Below, piece after piece: positions 7,809 through 15,896 of a DNA stretch of 17,698 nt. Source of the stretch: Desulfurococcaceae archaeon (lineage in GTDB: Archaea > Thermoproteota > Thermoprotei_A > Sulfolobales > Desulfurococcaceae); assembly GCA_038888155.1 (NCBI GenBank), contig JAWAJB010000018.1, positions 1-17,698 on the forward strand, written 5' to 3'. The notes under the pieces were generated by a model. It saw only the letters and a program-made list of their open reading frames with translations. It searched no databases and was not told the origin of the DNA. A program made the translations under genes and the position numbers. Each line of letters begins with the position of its first letter. The first letter of the stretch is position 1.

Positions 7809-8859
7809 ACCTAGCTTCACCCTCCACATAAAGCAGATCCCACAGCTCATTAAAGTCTAGCACCGGTGCTTTTTCAGCCTCTTCGATCGCCTGCTCAAGT
7901 TCTTTTTCAATGCTTTCCTCCATACGTCTAATAGTCTCATCATCTAAGATCCCTCGAATCTTCAACTTATTCATGAATCTCTCAATAGGATCTTTCCTCC
8001 TCCATTCCTCAACCTCTTCTTTTGGCCGGTACCAGCCGGTGTCGTATATCCCATGCCCTTTCATCCTATAAGTTCGGCATTCTATAAAAGCTGGGCCATT
8101 CCCGGATCTTATATGCTCAACCGCCTTTCTAGCGGCTGAATAGACCGATATCACGTCATTTGCGTCAGAAACTAGGAAAGACTTTATTCCATAAGCAGCG
8201 CCTCTTGAAGCTATACTCTCTCCAGCGCAGACTCTGTAAAATGGTGTTGAGAGTGCATAGTAATTATTTTCACATACAAACAATATGGGAAGCCTCCAAA
8301 CTGCTGCGAGATTTAACCCCTCATTAAATGCTCCGGTATTCACAGCGCCATCTCCAAAGAAAACTACAGCAATTCTTTTTTCTTTTCTATATTGCAAAGC
8401 TAGCCCGATGCCGCATGCAATAGGTATACCGCTTCCAACAATTGCCGTTACAACAGGAATATTATGCATAATACTCAGGGCGGCGTGCATGGAGCCTCCA
8501 AGACCTTTACATGTTCCAGTAACCTTCCCGAATAGCTCAGCCATCAAATCCTTGAAAGGTACTCCCCTCACTATAGCATGCCCATGATTTCTATGAGTGG
8601 ATATTATGGGGTCATCAGGTCGTAGTGCAGAAATTATGCCAACGGCGACAGCTTCCATTCCAAAATAAGGATGACATAAACCTATCAGCTTCCCCTCGAC
8701 CAGAAAAAGTCTTTCAACTGCCTCCTCAAATTTTCTAATGCGTAACATTTTCTCAAACATTTGAAGCAACTGTTCACGCGTCAATCCGAGTTTATCATAC
8801 TCTTCAGTGGATACTTCACCAACGACCTCTGGAGGTTTATATGGCACGCCATATGCCAC
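7792..8859 (-). CDS. TPP-dependent 2-oxoacid/acetoin dehydrogenase E1 alpha subunit
   Basis: THRNHGH, GLGGSMH, the TPP motif FFGDGA...CENN and TYRMKGH. GTG start with GAGGGGGTG upstream. Confidence 0.95.
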   Translation of the reverse strand: MAYGVPYKPPEVVGEVSTEEYDKLGLTREQLLQMFEKMLRIRKFEEAVERLFLVEGKLIGLCHPYFGMEAVAVGIISALRPDDPIISTHRNHGHAIVRGVPFKDLMAELFGKVTGTCKGLGGSMHAALSIMHNIPVVTAIVGSGIPIACGIGLALQYRKEKRIAVVFFGDGAVNTGAFNEGLNLAAVWRLPILFVCENNYYALSTPFYRVCAGESIASRGAAYGIKSFLVSDANDVISVYSAARKAVEHIRSGNGPAFIECRTYRMKGHGIYDTGWYRPKEEVEEWRRKDPIERFMNKLKIRGILDDETIRRMEESIEKELEQAIEEAEKAPVLDFNELWDLLYVEGEARYGEWR

Positions 8860-8881
8860 GGGAACGCCACCCCCTCATTAT

Positions 8882-9346
8882 TCAACTTTTAAACCTGTCT
8901 TTAAACTCCACCCTACTGACACTTATAGTAGTAGCATCACATAGTCTGAATGTGGCCCATACGAACCTCATCGGTATAATACCGGTGTTATAGGTTACAT
9001 GGTAGCTCCCAGCCGGAATATATACAGCGTCGCCCTCTTTCACTGGAAATCTCTTATCATTTATTTGCATTTCGCCCCTACCCTGAATGTAGAAATAGAC
9101 TTCTTCTAAGTCCGGATGAGCATGCCCAGTAGTCCTTCCCCAGGGATATACTATTGTGTGTCCAAAGCTTAATCTCCTAGATGGAGAATTCTCTGGGATA
9201 ATCAAGTAATAGGTCTCACGCAGTATCCTGATTTCCTCAAGCCCAAGGACTTTCCTAAAAGAATTTTCGCTCGAATCATGTTCCAATTCATGAATGTTTA
9301 CGATGAAATTGTGCTGCATCTTTTTATAGCGTTGAGAAGATTTCAT
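8882..9346 (-). CDS. Cupin domain-containing protein (metal-binding)
   Basis: Cupin motif 1 TTGHAHPDLEEVYFYIQGRG and motif 2 GDAVYIPAGSYHVTYN. The start is probably 9346 or 9319 rather than 9415, judged from the paralogue at 12781. Confidence 0.88.
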   Translation of the reverse strand: MKSSQRYKKMQHNFIVNIHELEHDSSENSFRKVLGLEEIRILRETYYLIIPENSPSRRLSFGHTIVYPWGRTTGHAHPDLEEVYFYIQGRGEMQINDKRFPVKEGDAVYIPAGSYHVTYNTGIIPMRFVWATFRLCDATTISVSRVEFKDRFKS

Positions 9347-9420
9347 GCAGCATTTACTGCAAGTTAAGCCTAATAAGGTTATCGATTGATCACCGTAGGT
9401 TATCTTGCTCACCATTCATA

Positions 9421-9440
9421 ACTAATATTTAATAATTAGT
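9421..9440 (+). promoter_or_regulatory. Putative TATA box (TTTAATA) inside an ACTAAT-N8-ATTAGT palindrome
   Basis: TTTAATA at 9428..9434, about 24 nt before the ATG at 9458, flanked by a 6-bp inverted repeat. Confidence 0.4.
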
Positions 9441-9457
9441 CCCGAGCACGGAGAAAT

Positions 9458-9724
9458 ATGCCCTATATAGCTCAAGAAGAGCGCAAGGAACTTGATCCAT
9501 TTGTTGATAGGCTCATAGAAGTTCTGAAAAAATCCTCTCCCGATAGGCTTGATGCCAGGCTAAACTACGTGGTCTATAAGATGCTTGTAAGACTATACGG
9601 CGATAAATATTTTGATTATAACCGCGCGATGGGAGTATTGAATTGCATTGCTCATGAATTTTATAGAAGAAGAGTAGCCACCTATGAGGATCGAAAAATC
9701 CAAGAAACGGGAGATATAATCTAA
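9458..9724 (+). CDS. Small conserved hypothetical protein (resembles the DUF6899 family)
   Basis: The pattern MPYI...LNY...GVL..EFYRRRVATYEDRKIQETGD matches a small helical family recalled as DUF6899. The family name is from memory and needs an HMM check. Confidence 0.75.
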   Translation: MPYIAQEERKELDPFVDRLIEVLKKSSPDRLDARLNYVVYKMLVRLYGDKYFDYNRAMGVLNCIAHEFYRRRVATYEDRKIQETGDII

Positions 9725-9743
9725 GCTAATCGGAGGGATTATT

Positions 9744-9977
9744 CTGAAAGAAATTAAAATGCCAAGATTTGATCCATTAATGGAAGAAGGAAGAATAGTC
9801 CAGTGGATAAAGACTGAAGGAGAACAAATAGCGAAAGGTGAGAAGATCGCGATAATAGAGGGCGAAAAAACAACCTTTGAGCTTGAGGCGCCCTATGAAG
9901 GAAAGCTGGTAAAAATTCTCAAAAAAGCGGGAGATCTAGCGAAAGTTGGAGAGACAATTGCAATATTGGAAGAATAA
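9744..9977 (+). CDS. Stand-alone lipoyl (biotin/lipoyl attachment) domain protein
   Basis: KEIKMPRFDPLMEEGRIVQWIKTEGEQIAKGEKIAIIEGEKTTFELEAPYEGKL...VGETIAIL, with the lipoyl Lys in EGEKT. GGAGGG at 9732..9737 suggests a CTG start at 9744, and the first ATG is at 9759. Confidence 0.9.
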   Translation: MKEIKMPRFDPLMEEGRIVQWIKTEGEQIAKGEKIAIIEGEKTTFELEAPYEGKLVKILKKAGDLAKVGETIAILEE

Positions 9978-9990
9978 TTTTTCCCCTTTT
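9978..9990 (+). terminator. Possible archaeal oligo-T terminator or attenuator between the lipoyl and E2 catalytic genes
   Basis: TTTTTCCCCTTTT immediately after the TAA stop. Confidence 0.3.
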
Positions 9991-10019
9991 CAACATATAT
10001 TTTTGAGGAGAAGCGAAAA

Positions 10020-10682
10020 ATGTTTTCTAGAAAAGTGCCGTTTGCGGGAGTGAGGAAAGCGATCACTCAGAGACTTAGCCCCGGCTTCCATCAAGCTCTA
10101 CCTGTGGCATTGATGATGGAGTTTAAAGCGGATCCGCTTCTAGATCATAGAAAGCAGAGAGGCAGGCCATCAATCACCTCATATGCTGTTAAAGCAGCAG
10201 CATTAGCGCTTAAAAAGTACCCAGATATGAATGTCACGTTTGAAGAAGGGGAGCTCATTTACCATGATGAAGTTAACATCGCTGTTGGAGTACATACTCC
10301 TAGGGGCTTAAGAGCGCCCGTGATCAGAAATGTAGACAAGATAACTTTGAATGAGCTCACAAGAATCATTGACGAATTTGCGGAGAAAGGTGAGAGGGGA
10401 GAAATAACATTAGCTGATCAGGAAGGCCACAGCTTCACGGTGACAAATCTCGGCATGACCGGTGTAACTCACTTCACACCAATAATCAATCCACCAGACT
10501 GCTCGATACTTGGCTTGGGCGCGATAATCGCAAAGCCAATAGTAGTAGACAATAAATTAGAGTTAGGTAAAGTGGGCCACCTAACATTAGTTTTCGACCA
10601 CAGAGTTATTGATGGAATGCCTGCCTCAATTTTTCTAGGCGAAATCAAGAGATTATTAGAGAATCCAGTCGAGCTGGAATGA
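10020..10682 (+). CDS. Dihydrolipoamide acyltransferase (E2) catalytic domain only
   Basis: VPFAGVRKAI, VNIAVGVHTPRGLRAPVIRN, SFTVTNLG, FTPIINPP and the catalytic DHRVIDG. It has its own GAGGAG ribosome site at 10005..10010 and no lipoyl or E1/E3-binding domain. Confidence 0.93.
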   Translation: MFSRKVPFAGVRKAITQRLSPGFHQALPVALMMEFKADPLLDHRKQRGRPSITSYAVKAAALALKKYPDMNVTFEEGELIYHDEVNIAVGVHTPRGLRAPVIRNVDKITLNELTRIIDEFAEKGERGEITLADQEGHSFTVTNLGMTGVTHFTPIINPPDCSILGLGAIIAKPIVVDNKLELGKVGHLTLVFDHRVIDGMPASIFLGEIKRLLENPVELE

Positions 10683-10741
10683 TATGAGATTAAGCAAGCT
10701 TTATTGGTCACCTAATTCCAGCTTTTCTAGGTGATCTATTA

Positions 10742-12283
10742 TTGGAGGAATGTGTTGTAGGCGTTGATATAGGGACCTCCGCCTGCAAGGTTTTAGCGAT
10801 ATCACGCGATCTAGAAATACTAAGCGAGAAATCCGGAAAATATCCAACATATGTGCCTAAGCCAGGCTGGACCGAGCAAAATCCTGAAGATTGGTGGGCT
10901 GTTGTTGGAAGTTTATTGGCTGACATTTCTAAAGAACTACGTGAAAAGGGCTATGAAATCGCAGGAATAGGGCTTACCGGCCAGATGCATGGCCTTGTTG
11001 TACTTGATGATAAAGGCAACGTCTTAAGACCATGCATCATGTGGAATGATCAAAGGAATTATAAGCAATGCCTCTATGCGATTGAGAAGCTCGGCGGACT
11101 TGAAAACGTCATAAAGCTGATAAATAATGGTATAATGCCGGGATTTACTATAGGGAAAATACTATGGGTTATGGAGAACGAGCAGGAGATTTTCGCCAAA
11201 GCGAGTAAGCTTCTCAATCCTAAGGATTACATAAGGTTCAAGCTAACAGGCAATTATATTACTGATGTAAGTGATGCGTCGGGAACTCATATGTTCGACG
11301 TCAAGAACCGCAGATGGTGCGACGAGATTCTAGAAACATTCAATATCCCCGAATACATGTTGCCAGACAAAGTAGTTGAGTCCAGCGAAATAACAGGTTA
11401 CGTTAGCGATAATGTCTCAAAAGACATTGGTTTGATAGGTGAGGTGGCGGTAGTTGGCGGTGGTGGTGATGCAGTTGTACAACTTGCCGCGTCGGGATCA
11501 ACTGATCCGACTAAGCTTTGTATCTTAATAGGCACCGCGGGGGTCGTCGGGTTAACCGTAGATAAATATTTTGAAAACAGCGGAGGGATATTGCAATTCT
11601 ATTGCAACGTGATCCCGGGAAGATGGATAGTTTTTGGATGCACACTTGCAGCAGGGGGATCGCTGGAATGGTTTAGACAAGTGTTTGCCGATTCCGAAGA
11701 AGCCGTAGCAAAATGGTGTAATAAATCCGTCTTCGACATATTGTCCGAGGAAGCTGAAAAGGCTCCCATAGGCTCCGGAGGCGTATTCTTCCTACCATAT
11801 CTAACAGGCGAGCGGGCGCCGCACACGGACCCGAACGCTCGAGGAGTTTTCATAGGCCTTAACCTGATGACGAGAAAGCCTGAGGTTATTAGAAGTGTCT
11901 TAGAGGGCGTGGCTTACAGCTTAAGAAGTGTCGGAGATATATTAAGAATGAAGTCGGGCAGCGATATAAGAGAGGTATATCTCTCTGGTGGTGGAGCTGC
12001 AAGTAATGTTTGGAGGCAAATATTTGCAGATGTCTTTGGAGTGAGAGTGAAAACATTAAAATACAGTGAAAAAGGCGGTTCATTGGGAGCAGCTATATTG
12101 GCTGGAGTTGGAATTAGATTCTGGAAGAAATTCGAAGATGCTGTAAGGCTCCTAGAAATAGTTTATGAAAACGAACATCATCACGAAAATCATGAAAAAT
12201 ATGAAAAACTTTTCAGAATATATGAGAAGCTTTATCCGATACTAAAACCTGCCTTTCGATTAATCTCGGAAGAAGGTCAGTAA
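10742..12283 (+). CDS. xylB: FGGY-family carbohydrate kinase, xylulokinase-like
   Basis: GVDIGTS, EQNPEDWW, TGQMHG, WNDQR, PKDYIRFKLTG, DVSDASGT, FLPYLTGERAP, LEGVAY and SGGGA. TTG start. The true substrate is not established. Confidence 0.92.
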   Translation: MEECVVGVDIGTSACKVLAISRDLEILSEKSGKYPTYVPKPGWTEQNPEDWWAVVGSLLADISKELREKGYEIAGIGLTGQMHGLVVLDDKGNVLRPCIMWNDQRNYKQCLYAIEKLGGLENVIKLINNGIMPGFTIGKILWVMENEQEIFAKASKLLNPKDYIRFKLTGNYITDVSDASGTHMFDVKNRRWCDEILETFNIPEYMLPDKVVESSEITGYVSDNVSKDIGLIGEVAVVGGGGDAVVQLAASGSTDPTKLCILIGTAGVVGLTVDKYFENSGGILQFYCNVIPGRWIVFGCTLAAGGSLEWFRQVFADSEEAVAKWCNKSVFDILSEEAEKAPIGSGGVFFLPYLTGERAPHTDPNARGVFIGLNLMTRKPEVIRSVLEGVAYSLRSVGDILRMKSGSDIREVYLSGGGAASNVWRQIFADVFGVRVKTLKYSEKGGSLGAAILAGVGIRFWKKFEDAVRLLEIVYENEHHHENHEKYEKLFRIYEKLYPILKPAFRLISEEGQ

Positions 12284-12444
12284 ATGAAATGACATATAGT
12301 GCCGAGTAAACCTTACTTTTTCCATTTCTGCATTATTCTTAACTAGAAGCTAGAAGTTAGAATAGAGATCCAGAAGGACCAAACGAAATATTATATTAAG
12401 TTATCTGCTACGTAATTTTCTCATTCTCCCTACCTTTAAGAATA

Positions 12445-12648
12445 TTAGGGCTTGCTCAGACTAATGCTGAATGCGCACTTGATTACTGTTTTCGCGCATC
12501 CTACGCTTAATACCATCCATAGGAAGGCTCTCTGGATGGCCGAGGTCAATTTCAAGACCATCGTAACCAATCCTTTGAAGCTTATCGAAGATCAACAGAT
12601 CTTTTCCACGAATTTTGTAATCCATAACCATGCCCGAACACCATGCAT
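12445..12648 (-). pseudogene. Frameshifted, truncated remnant of a second ketose 3-epimerase-like gene
   Basis: The minus strand reads MHGVRAWLWITKFVEK, then a shift to DLLIFDKLQRIGYDGLEIDLGHPESLPMDGIKRRMRENS, then a shift to IKCAFSISLSKP*. This is collinear with the N-terminus of 5970..6797 (IGYDAVE). Confidence 0.7.
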
Positions 12649-12748
12649 TATCGCGAAGATTATGAAGATCATCCAAAGATATATTTCTTTATCTTTATTT
12701 TCTGTCACCCAATCAACCACGCGCACTTATGACATAGAAATGTTAAAA

Positions 12749-12770
12749 TTATGCTCGTTTAAAGGCATAA
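12749..12770 (+). promoter_or_regulatory. Putative TATA-like box within a TTATGC-N10-GCATAA palindrome upstream of the cupin-ALDH-transaldolase genes
   Basis: TTTAAA at 12758..12763, flanked by a 6-bp inverted repeat just before the ATG at 12781. Confidence 0.35.
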
Positions 12771-12780
12771 CTGAAGTGAA

Positions 12781-13179
12781 ATGGGTCGAGAGGCAAGAAA
12801 AGAATATAGCTTGGTGAACATTAATGAAGTTGAGCCAGATACTTGTGATCGATCCCTAAGATATCATACGAAGGATAGGAAGGGTCAGGTTCTTCGAGAT
12901 ACCTATAGGCTGATTGAGCCGGGAAAGACTCCGTCGCAAAGGCTTACTCTAGGATATACAATAGTGTATCCTGAAGGAAGGACTACAGGGCATTCGCATG
13001 AAGATATGGAGGAGGTATATTTCATAGTCCAAGGGCGTGGAATAATGGAGATAGATAATGAGCGCTTTCCGATAAAAGAGGGCGACGCATTCTACGTCCC
13101 ACCAGGGAAATATCATGTAACCTACAATACGGGAATATTACCGCTAATAATCGTATGGGTTACTGGTAAAGTTGGCTAG
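12781..13179 (+). CDS. Cupin domain-containing protein (metal-binding), paralogue of 8882..9346
   Basis: TTGHSHEDMEEVYFIVQGRG and GDAFYVPPGKYHVTYNTG. Collinear with the other cupin. Confidence 0.92.
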   Translation: MGREARKEYSLVNINEVEPDTCDRSLRYHTKDRKGQVLRDTYRLIEPGKTPSQRLTLGYTIVYPEGRTTGHSHEDMEEVYFIVQGRGIMEIDNERFPIKEGDAFYVPPGKYHVTYNTGILPLIIVWVTGKVG

Positions 13180-13202
13180 TATTATTAGGGGGTTGATGAA
13201 GC

Positions 13203-14648
13203 ATGGAGCGGTATTTGATGATAATTGATGGAGAGAAAGTAGAATCCTCCAGCAGAGAGTACTTAGATGTCATAAACCCCGCTACCGAGGAAGCTTTTGC
13301 CCAGATTCCGAAAGCAACGGCGGAGGATGTTGATAAAGCGGTTCGAGCAGCGTATAGAGCCTTTAAAGAGTGGTCTCAAACCTCGCTAGAAGAAAGGAGA
13401 AAGCTGCTTTACAAGGCTGCAGAGATAGTTGAGAAGCGTGCAGATGAAATAGGTAGAGCATTAACGCGTGAGCAGGGTAAACCGTTGAAGCAGGCGGCCG
13501 ACGAGCTTAGAAATGCGGCGCATGTTTTGAGATACTTTGCTGATGAAATCTTTAGAGTTTACGGCGAGATAATACCGCTACCTCAGAAAGATTATGAGAG
13601 TATAGTGATATGGCAGCCTATCGGAGTCGTTGCCGCAATCACTCCATGGAATTATCCAGTACAGTTGCTCTCTTGGAAAGTTGGCGCCGCCCTCGCAGCT
13701 GGATGCACGCTGGTTGCTAAGCCGCCAGTCTATACATCGATATCGCCAATAATGTTCATAGAATGCTTAGTTGATGCTGGCGTACCAAAGGGTGTTGTAA
13801 ATATTGTGACTGGGCCGGGTAGAACTGTGGGAGAGGCTTTGATAACTCATCCACTGGTTCGAAAGGTAAGCTTCACTGGGTCAACGGATATCGGTAAGCA
13901 TATCATGAAGCTTTGTGCTGATGGCATTAAGCGTGTTACCTTAGAACTTGGAGGCCAAACACCGATGATAGTTTTTGCTGATGCTGATTTAGATAAAGCT
14001 GTTAAAGGCGCGGTCAGAAGATCGTTCAGAAACATGGGCCAAATATGTAACGCCATAAACAGAATATATGTTGAAAGAAAGATCTTCGATGAATTTGTCG
14101 AGAGATTTGTTGAGGAAACCAAGAAGCTTAGAATAGGAAATCCGCTGGAAGAACCAGATGTAGACTTGGGCCCGATGTGCAATAAGGAGACATTAGATAA
14201 AGTTATAGAACATGTTGAGGACGCCGTGAAAAAGGGTGGAAAGATACTTTGCGGAGGCAAAAGACCCGATGGAGAGAAGTTTAGGAAGGGATACTGGTAT
14301 GAGCCGACGATAATAGTGAACGTGAATCACGATATGCTGATAATGAAGGAGGAGACATTCGGGCCCGCTAAGCCCGTTATGCCCTTTGATAACATTGACC
14401 AAGTGATAGAGTGGGCCAATTCGACCCGCTACGGCCTAGCAGCATATGTTTACACCAACAACATAAATACCGCTAGAAAAGTGGCGCTGAGACTTGAAGC
14501 CGGAAACATAGGAATAAACAACGTTGATGTGGCGACGATCGAGGCGCCATATCCCGGCTGGAAAGAGAGCGGGCTCGGATGCGATCTCGGCCGAGAAGGC
14601 TTAAAGCATTACATGGAGATAAAGCACGTCAAAATGTTTTATGGATAA
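13203..14648 (+). CDS. NAD(P)-dependent aldehyde dehydrogenase (SSADH/GabD-like fold, substrate unknown)
   Basis: ITPWNYP, FTGST, catalytic Glu in LELGG, catalytic Cys in GQICNA, EETFGP and YGLAAY. Confidence 0.96.
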   Translation: MERYLMIIDGEKVESSSREYLDVINPATEEAFAQIPKATAEDVDKAVRAAYRAFKEWSQTSLEERRKLLYKAAEIVEKRADEIGRALTREQGKPLKQAADELRNAAHVLRYFADEIFRVYGEIIPLPQKDYESIVIWQPIGVVAAITPWNYPVQLLSWKVGAALAAGCTLVAKPPVYTSISPIMFIECLVDAGVPKGVVNIVTGPGRTVGEALITHPLVRKVSFTGSTDIGKHIMKLCADGIKRVTLELGGQTPMIVFADADLDKAVKGAVRRSFRNMGQICNAINRIYVERKIFDEFVERFVEETKKLRIGNPLEEPDVDLGPMCNKETLDKVIEHVEDAVKKGGKILCGGKRPDGEKFRKGYWYEPTIIVNVNHDMLIMKEETFGPAKPVMPFDNIDQVIEWANSTRYGLAAYVYTNNINTARKVALRLEAGNIGINNVDVATIEAPYPGWKESGLGCDLGREGLKHYMEIKHVKMFYG

Positions 14649-14697
14649 ACAATACTAAAATATACCTTAGTTTTCATCATGATGGTGATTCGGCGAG

Positions 14698-15876
14698 ATG
14701 TGCAAAAGCGTCTCAAAGGCTGAGGTAAAGTTGAGACTGGATTCATCGCAGCTTGAGGAACTGAAGAAGCTGAATCCCGAGTTTGAGATCTGGTGGGATG
14801 GTCATCCCGGATACTTCCGAAAATTTTTAGCGGAACTCCTCGAGAAGGGTTACCCAAGAGAAGAGGTCGAAAAAATAAGGAAATGGATGTCTCATATCGA
14901 GGGTGGAACATTCTTTTTTGATGGATGCACAACGAACCCTCCATTAAACCTCCAGTTTCTTCAAAGCTCGCCGGAAGTTGTGAGCGCCATTAAGGAGAAA
15001 TATGCCAATTTGCTGAAAAGAAGCTGGTGGTATGGATACTGGATCACCGGGAAGCTGGGCATGGATAAGTTCCTTTCAAACTACTATAGAAGGGGTAGGA
15101 GATACGGCTTCGTATGCATGCAAGTTGACCCACACTACCCCCATGACACGGAAATAATGAAACTTCAGGCCATGGAGCTTGCAAGAGCTGCTCCAAACGC
15201 CATGATAAAGATCCCGGCTACAAAAGCCGGAATAGAGGTAATAAGATATCTAACAAGCTTGGGCATATCCACCAACGCTACTTCATGCTTCTGCGTCCCG
15301 CAGGTCGCTATGGTCGCTCAGGCTGTTAAGGAGGGGTACGAGGAAGGAGTTCAAAAAGGAGTAGATTACAGCGGATGGCGTTCTGTCATTACTATGATGA
15401 TTGGCAGGTGGGAAGCATCCACCGAGTGGGATGCTGAGGCCAATGAAATGGGCGAGATCATCACCGAGGAGGATCGCAGATACTTTGGATTATTAATGGT
15501 CAGGAAGGCTGTAGAAGTCGTGAAGAGCATGAATGCCCCAACAAAGGTTCTTGTGTGCTCCACGAGAAAGGGCCCAGGAGAGCGCTACTTGCACATGGAA
15601 GGGCTAGCCGGGCTGCCAATAATAGTCACGATGAATAAGGAAGCAATCGAATGGGCCTTAACGCTTCCACTCCGTGATGAATCCGGAAATATTAAGATGA
15701 TGAAAGAACTTCCACAGGATAAAGTTAACAGGTTAATGAAGTTTGAATGGGTTAGGAAGAGTATAGATCCAAGGGGCTTAACAATAGATGAAATCCATCA
15801 GTCAAGTGCGCAGAAAAAGAACCTAACAGAGTTCGCAAAAGCTTTGGAGGAGATCCAGAAGATATTTACAATCTAG
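14698..15876 (+). CDS. Transaldolase/fructose-6-phosphate aldolase family protein, long divergent type
   Basis: WWDG (catalytic Asp position), GCTTNP, Schiff-base Lys in MIKIPATKAG, GISTNAT, IGR and CSTR. Alternative TTG start at 14731. Confidence 0.88.
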   Translation: MCKSVSKAEVKLRLDSSQLEELKKLNPEFEIWWDGHPGYFRKFLAELLEKGYPREEVEKIRKWMSHIEGGTFFFDGCTTNPPLNLQFLQSSPEVVSAIKEKYANLLKRSWWYGYWITGKLGMDKFLSNYYRRGRRYGFVCMQVDPHYPHDTEIMKLQAMELARAAPNAMIKIPATKAGIEVIRYLTSLGISTNATSCFCVPQVAMVAQAVKEGYEEGVQKGVDYSGWRSVITMMIGRWEASTEWDAEANEMGEIITEEDRRYFGLLMVRKAVEVVKSMNAPTKVLVCSTRKGPGERYLHMEGLAGLPIIVTMNKEAIEWALTLPLRDESGNIKMMKELPQDKVNRLMKFEWVRKSIDPRGLTIDEIHQSSAQKKNLTEFAKALEEIQKIFTI

Positions 15877-15896
15877 CCAACAAACTAATACTTCTT

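Noticed and set aside
6819-8859. Naming E1 as pdhA/pdhB or acoA/acoB
   Set aside because: The motifs identify the family but not the substrate, and the sugar-locus context argues against assuming pyruvate or acetoin.
12461-12676. 71-aa minus-strand ORF as an intact gene
   Set aside because: Only its middle segment is epimerase-like, and the real N-terminus and continuation are in another frame, so it is treated as a pseudogene.
12452-12817. 121-aa plus-strand ORF
   Set aside because: TTG start, no recognisable motif, and overlap with the cupin start. The opposite strand explains the region as an epimerase remnant.
13203-15876. Sulfoglycolytic transaldolase (sulfo-TAL) pathway
   Set aside because: ALDH plus transaldolase is suggestive, but no sulfoquinovosidase or sulfonate exporter is in the window. 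The transaldolase is a long atypical type, and a kinase is not part of that route. Not supported, though not excluded.
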